Assembly (NCBI RefSeq): GCF_008000775.2
Contig: NZ_CP042905.2
Span: forward strand, 3,480,001 to 3,512,000
Source of the DNA: Promethearchaeum syntrophicum
Lineage (GTDB): Archaea; Asgardarchaeota; Lokiarchaeia; Sigyniarchaeales; Promethearchaeaceae
Length of the DNA: 32,000 nucleotides
Reading direction: 5' to 3'
Numbering within the stretch: the stretch's first letter is position 1; the number at the start of each line of letters is the position of its first letter. The notes under the pieces are model-generated. The model worked only from the letters and a program-made list of their open reading frames with translations. It was not told the origin of the DNA and did not search any database. Both the position numbers and the translations under genes were made by a program. Below are positions 17,894 to 26,501 of the stretch, piece after piece.

Positions 17894-18784
17894 TCACGAA
17901 TTTTCTTTTACATTTCCTAATAAAATTTCATAATAATTAGCGATATTTTCCATTACATTTTGAGCAGAAAGATAGCCTTGTGTTGCAGCCCTTTTTACCG
18001 TTTCTACTAAGAAGCTACGGTGAGGATAATCTTCAGGAATTGGGGTGTCCAATGATCTAATGTTAAAAAGACTCCTCCATAAAGCTATAGTCCATTCTAA
18101 TAGTGGTTTTATCTTTTGATCAAATTTTCGTTGCCCTAGCTCGGACAATGAAAAATCTTTTACAAATTTATAGACGATTTCATCTGATTCTTTAGAATTT
18201 TCACATAATATATATCCTAATTGGATCATATCGTTAAAAACGGAAGTAACATACTCGGTTGACACTTCAAATCCATTTTTTTTCATATCCTCAGTGATTC
18301 TATCAATAGATAATGCTTTAACTTTCATCAAGGCTTTATTTTTTGCAATTATTATATATGGAATGGGAATTGCATTCTTATCTATGACGATAAATTGTAA
18401 TAAAGACCCCACTAAGACGTCACTTATAATTAATTTAGCAGCTACTAAATTTTCGTTAGAAAAATCTTTAGATATTAAATCGGAATCCATGTAGATACTG
18501 AAGATTGGTTCAATAATCGATTTTACAACAAAGAATCCATCATTCATAGCATGCTGTAAATTCCTAACAACTTCGAATCGATATTGTAAATCAGTAATAA
18601 ATCGCTTATCATCTACGAATACAGATCTAATCGTTTTTAATTCTATTTGAGTTTCTCCCCAGAATAACCTCCATAATTTATGAAGACGGGGAATTTGAGC
18701 GTTAATATTTGAAGATTTTTCTTTAACGACTTCAAGTAAAGTTCTTAAAAAATTATCTATAGGTGGGTTTTCGTTCTGATTCAA
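17894..18784 (-). CDS. Hypothetical helical protein with central winged-helix-like segment; translationally coupled to the upstream MPN+ gene
   Basis: The TTG start at 18784 is preceded by GGTGA with a 7-nt spacer and lies 23 nt after the MPN+ gene stop. The first in-frame ATG is only at codon 80. The segment LSIDRITEDMKKNGFEVSTEYVTSVFNDMIQLGYILCENSKESDEIVYKF has a winged-helix pattern. Confidence 0.5.
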   Translation of the reverse strand: MNQNENPPIDNFLRTLLEVVKEKSSNINAQIPRLHKLWRLFWGETQIELKTIRSVFVDDKRFITDLQYRFEVVRNLQHAMNDGFFVVKSIIEPIFSIYMDSDLISKDFSNENLVAAKLIISDVLVGSLLQFIVIDKNAIPIPYIIIAKNKALMKVKALSIDRITEDMKKNGFEVSTEYVTSVFNDMIQLGYILCENSKESDEIVYKFVKDFSLSELGQRKFDQKIKPLLEWTIALWRSLFNIRSLDTPIPEDYPHRSFLVETVKRAATQGYLSAQNVMENIANYYEILLGNVKENS

Positions 18785-18807
18785 ATGGATTTCACCATGT
18801 ATTTAAT

Positions 18808-19308
18808 TTATTCAATTATTAATGGAAGTTCAATTACTTTTGTTGTTAGTTTTAATTCATCTGGATTAAAATACAATCGAAAAGCTCTCATTCCGCGAGA
18901 AGTTGACTGATCTTTTATTTGATGAGGATTGCAAACAATAGCTGTCCAATAAGGATTTTGGATTTGAGCAGGATATTGATATGAAATATCTGTATTAGAC
19001 ATATAAATATGATCGCCCCTTTTAAAAGGGTGAGAATGAAACCAGCCTAACCATTCTAAATCTCGAGTAGCGCAATCTTTTATAATTGGTAGGATTTTTT
19101 CGTAATCAGAGTCGTTAAAATGAACTTCTGTATGTCTTCCAACTCGAAATGAATAGGATTCTAACACAGTGATATCTCCATTTTCACAAACTTTGCCAAA
19201 AAATACTCCGATAATTTCTTTACGAGGATTTTCTTTAGCAAAATTCATCATTGTGTGATATGAATCAATATTAAGATGAACGCAATTAGTAGATTTGGGA
19301 ATATTCAT
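18808..19308 (-). CDS. JAMM/MPN+ metalloprotease (Rpn11/CSN5/AMSH-like deubiquitinase fold)
   Basis: EIIGVFFG carries the Glu. GWFHSHPFKRGDHIYMSNTD is an HxH...SxxD zinc motif with a slightly longer spacer. It is followed by WTAIVCNP...MRAFRL, as in eukaryote-type MPN domains. Confidence 0.75.
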   Translation of the reverse strand: MNIPKSTNCVHLNIDSYHTMMNFAKENPRKEIIGVFFGKVCENGDITVLESYSFRVGRHTEVHFNDSDYEKILPIIKDCATRDLEWLGWFHSHPFKRGDHIYMSNTDISYQYPAQIQNPYWTAIVCNPHQIKDQSTSRGMRAFRLYFNPDELKLTTKVIELPLIIE

Positions 19309-19493
19309 TTAAATCCTCTATTTTTTTATGTTGTTATATTCTTAATAAATTAATTCGCTAATATTTTTTAAATGTATTTTATTAGGAAAATTTTTTCTTA
19401 GAAAAATGACATTTTAAGCTGAAGGGTTGAGCCATTATTGCAAAATTAGATGTAAAAAAAATATTCAAGGATTCTTACCAAAAAACGCTTGAT

Positions 19494-20582
19494 TTGGATA
19501 AATATGTTTTAGCTTTTGCCCCAATCGAGCCAATAACGATGAATCCAATAATTCGTGAATTAATGGCAATTAATGGAGCACGTCTGGTCTATAGACCAAA
19601 AATACTACCTCAACATTTACTTAAAGCACCAAATTGGCAATATTGGGCAAAAATCAAGAAAATTTCACAAGTTAGAACACCTTCAGGAGAATCTATATAT
19701 GATGGAATCCAAATCATCGCACGCCCAGGGGACCCGATAAAAAAAGCAGTAAAATATATCGATAATTATGCGAGCAAATTCGGAATTCAATATATCGATT
19801 TGAATTTTTGCTGTCCTGGCTATAAAGTTCTTCCCAAAAGACGTGGAGGGGATTTACTTAAAGATCCAGATTCAGTAATTCAAGTTATATCTGAAGCTAT
19901 TAAATTTACCAACTTACCTATATCTATTAAAATCAGAAAAGGTTTTCTAAATTCTGATACACCTCAGAATCTTTGTTATCGATTAAGCAAAGAATTTGGA
20001 GATAATCTTGCATGGATTGCAATTAATCGAGCACCAGTAAAAATGGATGATGTTGATTTCTCTCTTATTAAAAAAGATTTTAAGCCATTCCAGGAAGCAA
20101 TAGCTGGTGTTGAAGGAAAAATTCCTATTGTTGCAAACGGCTCTATCGAAACCTATCAAGATATTTATGCTGTAAAGGAAAATGTTAAGGTTAATGGTTT
20201 TATGATAGGACGTGCCGCATTAGGGAATCCATCTATTTTTCATGCAATTCTGGACTCGAACCCCATTGAGAAGAGTGAAGGTGATGGAGATAATATTAAA
20301 ATCAATTTAAAATTTGAAGAACTTTTTAAAATCATTACAAAATATCAATATGGACCAAGCGGACGCTTCTGCTCGATGGGTGAAATTAAGAAAATATTAT
20401 TTTATTATATTAAACATTCCTATGAAAGTCAAAAAAAACAATTACCCGCTGGTTATGGGTTTTCAAAATGGAATAACCAAAGATTTGATTCAAAATCTCT
20501 CGTAAAAGCACTTTTTAAGGTATTTCCAACAATTTCAGAAGAAACTTGGAAAAAATGGATATACCCATTTTTTACAAAATAA
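19494..20582 (+). CDS. tRNA-dihydrouridine synthase (Dus) family flavoprotein
   Basis: IDLNFCCPGYKV...RRGGDLLKDP holds the catalytic Cys region. ISIKIRKGF, VANGSI and GFMIGRAALGNPSIF match the Dus TIM-barrel motifs. The TTG start at 19494 is needed to include LAFAPIEPIT, which is equivalent to LAPMxxxT. Confidence 0.75.
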   Translation: MDKYVLAFAPIEPITMNPIIRELMAINGARLVYRPKILPQHLLKAPNWQYWAKIKKISQVRTPSGESIYDGIQIIARPGDPIKKAVKYIDNYASKFGIQYIDLNFCCPGYKVLPKRRGGDLLKDPDSVIQVISEAIKFTNLPISIKIRKGFLNSDTPQNLCYRLSKEFGDNLAWIAINRAPVKMDDVDFSLIKKDFKPFQEAIAGVEGKIPIVANGSIETYQDIYAVKENVKVNGFMIGRAALGNPSIFHAILDSNPIEKSEGDGDNIKINLKFEELFKIITKYQYGPSGRFCSMGEIKKILFYYIKHSYESQKKQLPAGYGFSKWNNQRFDSKSLVKALFKVFPTISEETWKKWIYPFFTK

Positions 20583-20692
20583 GTGAAAAAATTAAAGGGA
20601 ATAATGAAAGAAATAAAGGTAGTAGTAGAAAACTATGTAATTTTTTCCTATAATAAAAATTATGATTGAAAAACTATTGAAGAGGCATGTAA

Positions 20693-22417
20693 ATGTTCGA
20701 AATGGATAAAAAACAACGCAATATTGCATATTTTAGTATGGAAATCGCCTTAGAAAGCGATATCCCGACATATTCTGGAGGATTAGGTGTATTAGCAGGA
20801 GATACATTACGGTCAGCGGCAGATTTAGAAATACCGCTTGTAGCTGTTACTCTATGCTACGATAAAGGTTATTTCTTCCAAGAAGTAGTCCAAGGAAGAC
20901 AAATTGAACGTGAAATTCAATGGGAATTCTCTAGTGAGTTTGTTAAAATGCCCAATATAATAGAACTCGATATTCAAGAGAAAAAATTCAAAGTTGGTGC
21001 TTGGATGTACACTATGTCTGGTATAACTGGTGGAACAATTCCCATTATACTATTGGATACGAATATTGAAGGAAATGAGCACTGGCAAAAGAATTTCACA
21101 CATATTTTATATGATGCCACTCCTTTTCAACGTGCGGTACAAGAAATGATTCTTGGTATGGGAGGCATTAAAATGCTAGAATCATTAGGGTTTACAAATA
21201 TCCAAACACACCATATGAACGAAGGACATGCAGCCTTTGGTGTTTTTGAATTACTTGAAAAATATAAGGGGGATTTAGAAGAAGTCAAGCGACGTTGCAT
21301 TTTTACTACACACACTCCTGTTCCTGCTGGACACGACCATTTCAGCTACGAATTAATCAAGGACATTTTTAGGGACCGTTTACCGGAAAACTATAAGGAA
21401 TTAGGTGGAGAATACGATCTTAATATGTCATTATTAGCATTAAATGGAAGTAGATATTGCAATGGTGTTGCACAAAAACATGGTGTGGTCTCAAGAAAAA
21501 TGTTTCCAGGCTATGAAATCGATGCAATCACAAACGGAGTTCATAATGGATTTTGGATTAATAAATATCTAAAAGAACTTTTTGATGAGAGAATTCCAGG
21601 ATGGGCTACTGATTACAAGAAACTTGATGATGTTTGGGATTTTGGGAATTTTGAATTGTGGGAGACACATCTACAAGCAAAACTTGACTTGATGGATTAT
21701 GAAAAATCCCACTCTTGGGTATTACTTGATGAACGAAAGTTAACCATTGGATTTGCTCGGAGAATTACTGAGTATAAGCGCCCTACACTTTTATTTTCTG
21801 ATGTAGAACGATTAGGGAAGATCTGTGATAAAAAAGTACAATTTATTTTCGCAGGTAAATCTCATCCGAGAGATGAACAGGGAAAGGGTTATATCAAGCA
21901 AATAAGTGATATGTCCGATTATCTTTATGATTCTTATGGTATAGGTGTTGTATTTTTAGGAGCCTACGATATGGATCTCTCACATCTATTAGTGGGTGGT
22001 GTGGATGTGTGGTTAAATAATCCACGAAGATATATGGAAGCATCGGGAACTAGTGGAATGAAAGCATCACTTAATGGAGTAATGAATCTCAGTGTTTTAG
22101 ATGGATGGTGGATAGAAGGATATCAACGCGACCCAATGGCAGGTTGGGCAATAGGTTGTGGGCCTGAGGATCCAAAAGCTACACAATACCCAGATTCTTA
22201 TGATGCAAATGATTTATATACTAAATTAGAACGTGAAATTATCCCACTTTATTATAATAATCGCGATGGTTGGACAGAACGAATGAAACATGCAATCAGA
22301 TTAGGGACATATTTTAATACCCATCGAATGGTAGAAGAATATGCAGAGCGTGCATGGAAATTAAAAGCCCAGAATCGATGGAAATCTTTATTAAAATCTG
22401 AAGAAGAATTCTCTTAA
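20693..22417 (+). CDS. glgP: Alpha-glucan (glycogen/maltodextrin) phosphorylase, short GT35 type
   Basis: YFSMEIALESDIPTYSGGLGVLAGDTLRSAAD is the N-terminal signature. EASGTSGMKASLNG is the PLP-Lys motif. Confidence 0.85.
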   Translation: MFEMDKKQRNIAYFSMEIALESDIPTYSGGLGVLAGDTLRSAADLEIPLVAVTLCYDKGYFFQEVVQGRQIEREIQWEFSSEFVKMPNIIELDIQEKKFKVGAWMYTMSGITGGTIPIILLDTNIEGNEHWQKNFTHILYDATPFQRAVQEMILGMGGIKMLESLGFTNIQTHHMNEGHAAFGVFELLEKYKGDLEEVKRRCIFTTHTPVPAGHDHFSYELIKDIFRDRLPENYKELGGEYDLNMSLLALNGSRYCNGVAQKHGVVSRKMFPGYEIDAITNGVHNGFWINKYLKELFDERIPGWATDYKKLDDVWDFGNFELWETHLQAKLDLMDYEKSHSWVLLDERKLTIGFARRITEYKRPTLLFSDVERLGKICDKKVQFIFAGKSHPRDEQGKGYIKQISDMSDYLYDSYGIGVVFLGAYDMDLSHLLVGGVDVWLNNPRRYMEASGTSGMKASLNGVMNLSVLDGWWIEGYQRDPMAGWAIGCGPEDPKATQYPDSYDANDLYTKLEREIIPLYYNNRDGWTERMKHAIRLGTYFNTHRMVEEYAERAWKLKAQNRWKSLLKSEEEFS

Positions 22418-22428
22418 TTCTTTTGGAA

Positions 22429-22477
22429 TACAAATAAGCTTCAAGTTCTATTTGTACAAACTTGGGCTTTCTTTTTA
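22429..22477 (+). terminator. Hairpin plus T-tract downstream of glgP (candidate terminator)
   Basis: An 8-bp perfect stem joins TACAAATA (22429-22436) and TATTTGTA (22449-22456) with a 12-nt loop. It is followed by CTTTCTTTTTATT. It starts 12 nt after the glgP stop. Confidence 0.25.
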
Positions 22478-22705
22478 TTCAATTTTAATAAAAATCTTTA
22501 ATATCTCATTTCATTAAAAGCCATACTCAATTAAAAATTCCGGATTAAGACTAAAATTTAAATCCTATAGGATGTATTGTTGTAAGCATCGTGATTATCG
22601 AAGCATTAAAGAAAATCTAATAAATGGGGTGTAATAGTAGTTTTCATTATAAATCGTCAAATGACCTTATTACAAATGATTTAACTTTTCTATTCTGCTT
22701 ATCCA

Positions 22706-23251
22706 TCAATTTTTATTCTTATTCAATTTATTTAGAAGATACACAATACGTTTTACAAGGTTTTCTGTTCCATTAATTGCTTCTACATCTTGTAAAATAT
22801 CCCCATATACATGTCCAAATCCCGAAACGCCCCGATTTGCAGGTATTATTTCATGTTTTAGGTAGAAAGACGTAATCGCATCAATGGTGCTTTGGTGACC
22901 ATAAGCCCGCCCTACGACGATTATTCCCCCAATTTTATCTCTGAGTCCCCCTTTGATACACCATGTGCGGTCAATAAAATTTTTTAACCTAGCCGATACA
23001 TTATTAAAAAATACAGGAGTTCCAAGGATAATGGCATCAGCTTCCAACAATTTCGGAATTAAGACATTTGTCATATCATCCAGAAGCGAGCATTTATCAG
23101 TTTGTAAACAATTCCAACATTCATTACAGTATTTAATATCATAATCAGATAATTGTAAAAAATCCCCTCCTGTTATCTCTTTAGCATGCTTTAACAAGAG
23201 ATTTACATTACTCTTTTTCCGATGACTCCCTGAAATATATAGGATTTTCAT
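22706..23251 (-). CDS. Iron-sulfur flavoprotein (Isf-like, NADPH-dependent FMN reductase fold)
   Basis: MKILYISGSHRKKSN is a flavodoxin-like FMN loop. The compact motif CNECWNCLQTDKC (CxxCxxCx5C) is typical of Isf 4Fe-4S sites. Confidence 0.7.
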   Translation of the reverse strand: MKILYISGSHRKKSNVNLLLKHAKEITGGDFLQLSDYDIKYCNECWNCLQTDKCSLLDDMTNVLIPKLLEADAIILGTPVFFNNVSARLKNFIDRTWCIKGGLRDKIGGIIVVGRAYGHQSTIDAITSFYLKHEIIPANRGVSGFGHVYGDILQDVEAINGTENLVKRIVYLLNKLNKNKN

Positions 23252-23368
23252 GATTAAATGAGTACAGAAATATTTTTATAAGTTTTGAATTAAGAAGTGA
23301 AGATTTAAATTCTGATAAATATCGAAAGAATAAATAATACGTAAATTAAAAAAATGCTTGAAAAAAAA

Positions 23369-24535
23369 TTAATGATCTACATCAACTATACCGCCTTCAG
23401 TTAAAGCGAAAATCGCTTCTCCTTCCGGCAAATTAGGAGCGTCAATCATTTTTGCAACACGTTGTTCTCCTTTTCCTTTTCTAAGATAGATTCTAACAGT
23501 AGCTCCATGAGCCATTACATTTCCGCCTGTCGCTTTTGTTGGATCTCCGAAAAAAGTATCAGGTTTGCTCTGAACTTGATTAGTAATAACGACTGCTAAT
23601 TCGGGATACATTTCTGAAAGTCTAAGTAAATCATGTATGTGCAGATTAAGTAGTTGTTGTCTGTTTGCCAATGTGCCTCGACCAATAAATTCAGCTCTAA
23701 AGTGAGAAATCAAAGAATCCACGATTATAAGTTTAATATTTTTGTCGATAATGATTTTCATGGCATCCTTAATTAACATAATTTGATGATCGCTTGAATA
23801 CGCTCTGGCATAGATTACATTTTTTAATATTTCGCGATAATCCAGGCCTTTTGACTCTGCCATTTGAATCAATCTTTCAGGCCTAAATGTACCTTCAGTA
23901 TCTATGTATAATGCTTTTCCAGAGATTCCCCCTTCTTCTTTTGAAAGTTGAACATTTACGCATAATTGGTGCATCAATTGGGTTTTTCCGGTTCGATACT
24001 CACCATAGAATTCGGTTATACCACCAGTTTCAATTCCACCTCCCCCTAAAAGATTATCAAGATCTGTGCTACTTGTGTTAATTCGTGCTAATGATTTTCT
24101 TCTCTCCCATACAGAATCAGCAGTCTTAAATCCAATATTGAGAGCTTCTCTGGCAGCTTTGATTATTTTCGAAGCAGTTTTATCTCCCAAACCCGCTTCT
24201 TCAATTAACATTCTAGCTGGAGTAATAGCAATACTATTTACTGTAGAATAACCGACATCCATCAATTTTTTTGCAATGGTTGCTCCGATTCCTGGTAAAT
24301 CCTTTATATCATAATTTATCGTATGCATTCCGGCTAGTTCTTCATCTTCTGAGGATTCTTCGTCTGAGGTGTCTTTTTGTTTTATATCTTCTTCATCTTC
24401 ATCCTCTAATAACTCCTTAAAAAGCTCATCGTCCTCAACATCCGTTGCATCCTTTTTTTCTTTCGATTTGGTTGCTGTTGTTTTTTTTTTCGACGTTGCT
24501 TTCGCTTTTGAAGTTTTTTTCTTTTTTGTTGCCAT
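23369..24535 (-). CDS. radA: RadA recombinase with 69-aa N-terminal Lys-rich/acidic extension
   Basis: The HhH N-domain is DLPGIGATIAKKLMDVGY. Walker A is GEYRTGKTQ and Walker B is LIIVDS. The core from M70 (ATG 24328) is 319 aa, the canonical RadA length. The upstream 69 codons are open and low-complexity. Confidence 0.9.
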   Translation of the reverse strand: MATKKKKTSKAKATSKKKTTATKSKEKKDATDVEDDELFKELLEDEDEEDIKQKDTSDEESSEDEELAGMHTINYDIKDLPGIGATIAKKLMDVGYSTVNSIAITPARMLIEEAGLGDKTASKIIKAAREALNIGFKTADSVWERRKSLARINTSSTDLDNLLGGGGIETGGITEFYGEYRTGKTQLMHQLCVNVQLSKEEGGISGKALYIDTEGTFRPERLIQMAESKGLDYREILKNVIYARAYSSDHQIMLIKDAMKIIIDKNIKLIIVDSLISHFRAEFIGRGTLANRQQLLNLHIHDLLRLSEMYPELAVVITNQVQSKPDTFFGDPTKATGGNVMAHGATVRIYLRKGKGEQRVAKMIDAPNLPEGEAIFALTEGGIVDVDH

Positions 24536-24560
24536 TTTATTTCCTATTCCTAATCTATAT

Positions 24561-24568
24561 TTTATATA
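24561..24568 (-). promoter_or_regulatory. TATA-like box (TATATAAA on the minus strand) 26-33 nt upstream of the long-form radA ATG
   Basis: The motif was read from the sequence. The spacing fits an archaeal leaderless or short-leader promoter. AT-rich background makes a chance match easy. Confidence 0.3.
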
Positions 24569-24732
24569 CTTATTATTACTTAATTTAAAAAGAAGCCTAT
24601 TGAAGATTTATTAAATCATTATTTCGTGATCTATATTTAAAAACTTCGGGAAAAAAGATTTTGTGAACGTTTAGGAATTAATTTCACATTGTTTTTTTTT
24701 ATATCAAAATTAAAATTTTATTTTTGAAACCT

Positions 24733-25578
24733 TTAATCTATCTTTTGCCGGGATATAACCAATCTTAAAGCCCAATCTTTAAGCTTTTCGGGAGCTGCGA
24801 ACAAAATACGGTATATAAAGTTTCTTTCTGTAACTAAATATCTGAGTTTTGGACGTTTTTTAATCAACGAGATATAAATTTTTCGTGCGATAATATCAGG
24901 GGTTAGTGATTTCTTATTCGGTTCATAGGGAGAAACATTAATTTTTTGCCATTTTAGGTAGGATTGATGAAAAAGCGAAGATTCGAGATCTTTGGGGTAA
25001 TCTTTTTTCCAGATAGATGTCTTTACAATTCCAGGCTCAATAATGATCACTTTAATCTTTTTATTTATAAGCATTAGCTCTCTTCGTAAAGAATCGTTAT
25101 AAGCTTCTAATCCTGCTTTACTGGCACAATAAAATCCTGAAAATGGAACACTTGCAAGCCCCATTCCACTACTAATATTGATAATCCTTCCTTCAGATTG
25201 GAGAATAAGTGGGAAAAATTTTGAAATGATTCGATGAACACCCAGTAAATTTACATCCAATTGTAATTTGAATGCTTCTATGTCAAAATCTACCAAAGGA
25301 CCTAGTACATCTATTCCAGCATTATTAATTACAGCGAATAAACCAGTTTTATTTGTTTCTATTAGAGAAAAAGCATCTTCGATTTCATGGCTTTTTGTCA
25401 CATCAAGCTTAAGTGGAGTTACATTTGGGATCTGTGAAAGTGAAGTTATATCCTTATCTTTTCTGGCACCCGCATAAACATGAAATCCATTCTTGGCTAA
25501 AAATTCAGTTGTTTCCCTTCCTATCCCAGTACTGGCTCCAGTAATTAAAATAGATCTTAAGTTTTTATCCACTTTCAT
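24733..25578 (-). CDS. Short-chain dehydrogenase/reductase (SDR)
   Basis: It has the TGASTGIG cofactor motif, NNAG and the YCASK (YxxxK) catalytic motif. Confidence 0.8.
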   Translation of the reverse strand: MKVDKNLRSILITGASTGIGRETTEFLAKNGFHVYAGARKDKDITSLSQIPNVTPLKLDVTKSHEIEDAFSLIETNKTGLFAVINNAGIDVLGPLVDFDIEAFKLQLDVNLLGVHRIISKFFPLILQSEGRIINISSGMGLASVPFSGFYCASKAGLEAYNDSLRRELMLINKKIKVIIIEPGIVKTSIWKKDYPKDLESSLFHQSYLKWQKINVSPYEPNKKSLTPDIIARKIYISLIKKRPKLRYLVTERNFIYRILFAAPEKLKDWALRLVISRQKID

Positions 25579-25628
25579 AATTTAATTTACTCAACAGAAA
25601 GGAAAAAAGTTTTGATTTCTACAATTTT

Positions 25629-26399
25629 TCAAGGAAATCTCAAAGATAAACAGGATAATCCTCCATCCATCTTCTTAAATTCTGACATTTCTAACTCAAT
25701 TATTATATAATTCAATTTAGTGAGATTTTCCTTTAATTTGTTATAACCCTTCGGCATAATTACATTGCCATTAACTATGATACAATTCGCTGCATATTCT
25801 TCATCTTTCTCAACGTGAATAATATCATATTCTTGGAAAAGTGGATCATTCTTAAATTCATCAATAGATAACAAGCATTTATTCCCGATATAATTCAATC
25901 CTGATTTTAAATGCAAAGTTTCTTTCATTTTCACAACTTGACTTCTAAAACCATAGAATGCAAGAATCTTTGCTAACTGGTCTGCCCCCTCTTGATTTGT
26001 TCTTGAAGAAAGCCCAATATAATAGCATTTATCAATCCGCATAATATCGCCTCCATCCAAAGTCCCCGGTGCTTCTATACGTTCGATTTTTTCAAAATTA
26101 TATTCATCTTTAATAAAATCAAAAATTGCTTGTACTTCTCCTTTCCGCGATTGTGCTCCAGGATTTGTAATAATTACGCATTTTTCATTCACAATCGCAA
26201 TATCTTCAACAAAGGTTGAATCCGGATATTCTTCATCCGCTTCTAATATGTGAACTTTTAATCCACATTTTCGGAGGGTTTTGATATAATTCTCATGTTG
26301 CTCTAAAACCTTCTGATAATCTGGTAATCCTAAACTCGAAGTTGTCAATCCTTTGCTAAAATTTTTGCACGGTTTCTTAACTATTGCGCTTTTAAACAT
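25629..26399 (-). CDS. Dimethylarginine dimethylaminohydrolase (DDAH) / amidinotransferase-fold protein
   Basis: Its 256-aa length fits. FVEDIAIV and GTLDGGDIM are present. The C-terminal GGLSCLSLRF carries the catalytic Cys characteristic of DDAH-type guanidino-modifying enzymes. Confidence 0.65.
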   Translation of the reverse strand: MFKSAIVKKPCKNFSKGLTTSSLGLPDYQKVLEQHENYIKTLRKCGLKVHILEADEEYPDSTFVEDIAIVNEKCVIITNPGAQSRKGEVQAIFDFIKDEYNFEKIERIEAPGTLDGGDIMRIDKCYYIGLSSRTNQEGADQLAKILAFYGFRSQVVKMKETLHLKSGLNYIGNKCLLSIDEFKNDPLFQEYDIIHVEKDEEYAANCIIVNGNVIMPKGYNKLKENLTKLNYIIIELEMSEFKKMDGGLSCLSLRFP

Positions 26400-26417
26400 T
26401 TTTATTTCCTTAGTTCA
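26347..26417. repeat. Copy A of a roughly 70-bp dispersed direct repeat (functional 5' end and leader of the DDAH-like gene)
   Basis: AATCCTTTGCTAAAATTTTTGCACGGTTTCTTAACTATTGCGCTTTTAAACATTTTTATTTCCTTAGTTCA aligns with 29415-29486 at roughly 85% identity, with 3-4 single-nt indels (hand alignment). Confidence 0.75.
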
Positions 26418-26501
26418 ATTGGTATTATTATATATGATGGAGGGGGGAGGAGTTATTTCCTTTTTAAGAATTTATCTTTAATATTACATAATCCATTTGT
26501 T

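Noticed and set aside
26439-26452. The GGAGGGGGGAGGAG purine run in an otherwise AT-rich spacer, considered as an SD for a plus-strand micro-ORF or as a G-quadruplex.
   Set aside because: The following plus-strand ORF is only 15 codons (MMEGGGVISFLRIYL). A single G-run cannot form a quadruplex. It is retained only as a landmark of the non-duplicated, presumably inserted sequence next to repeat copy A.
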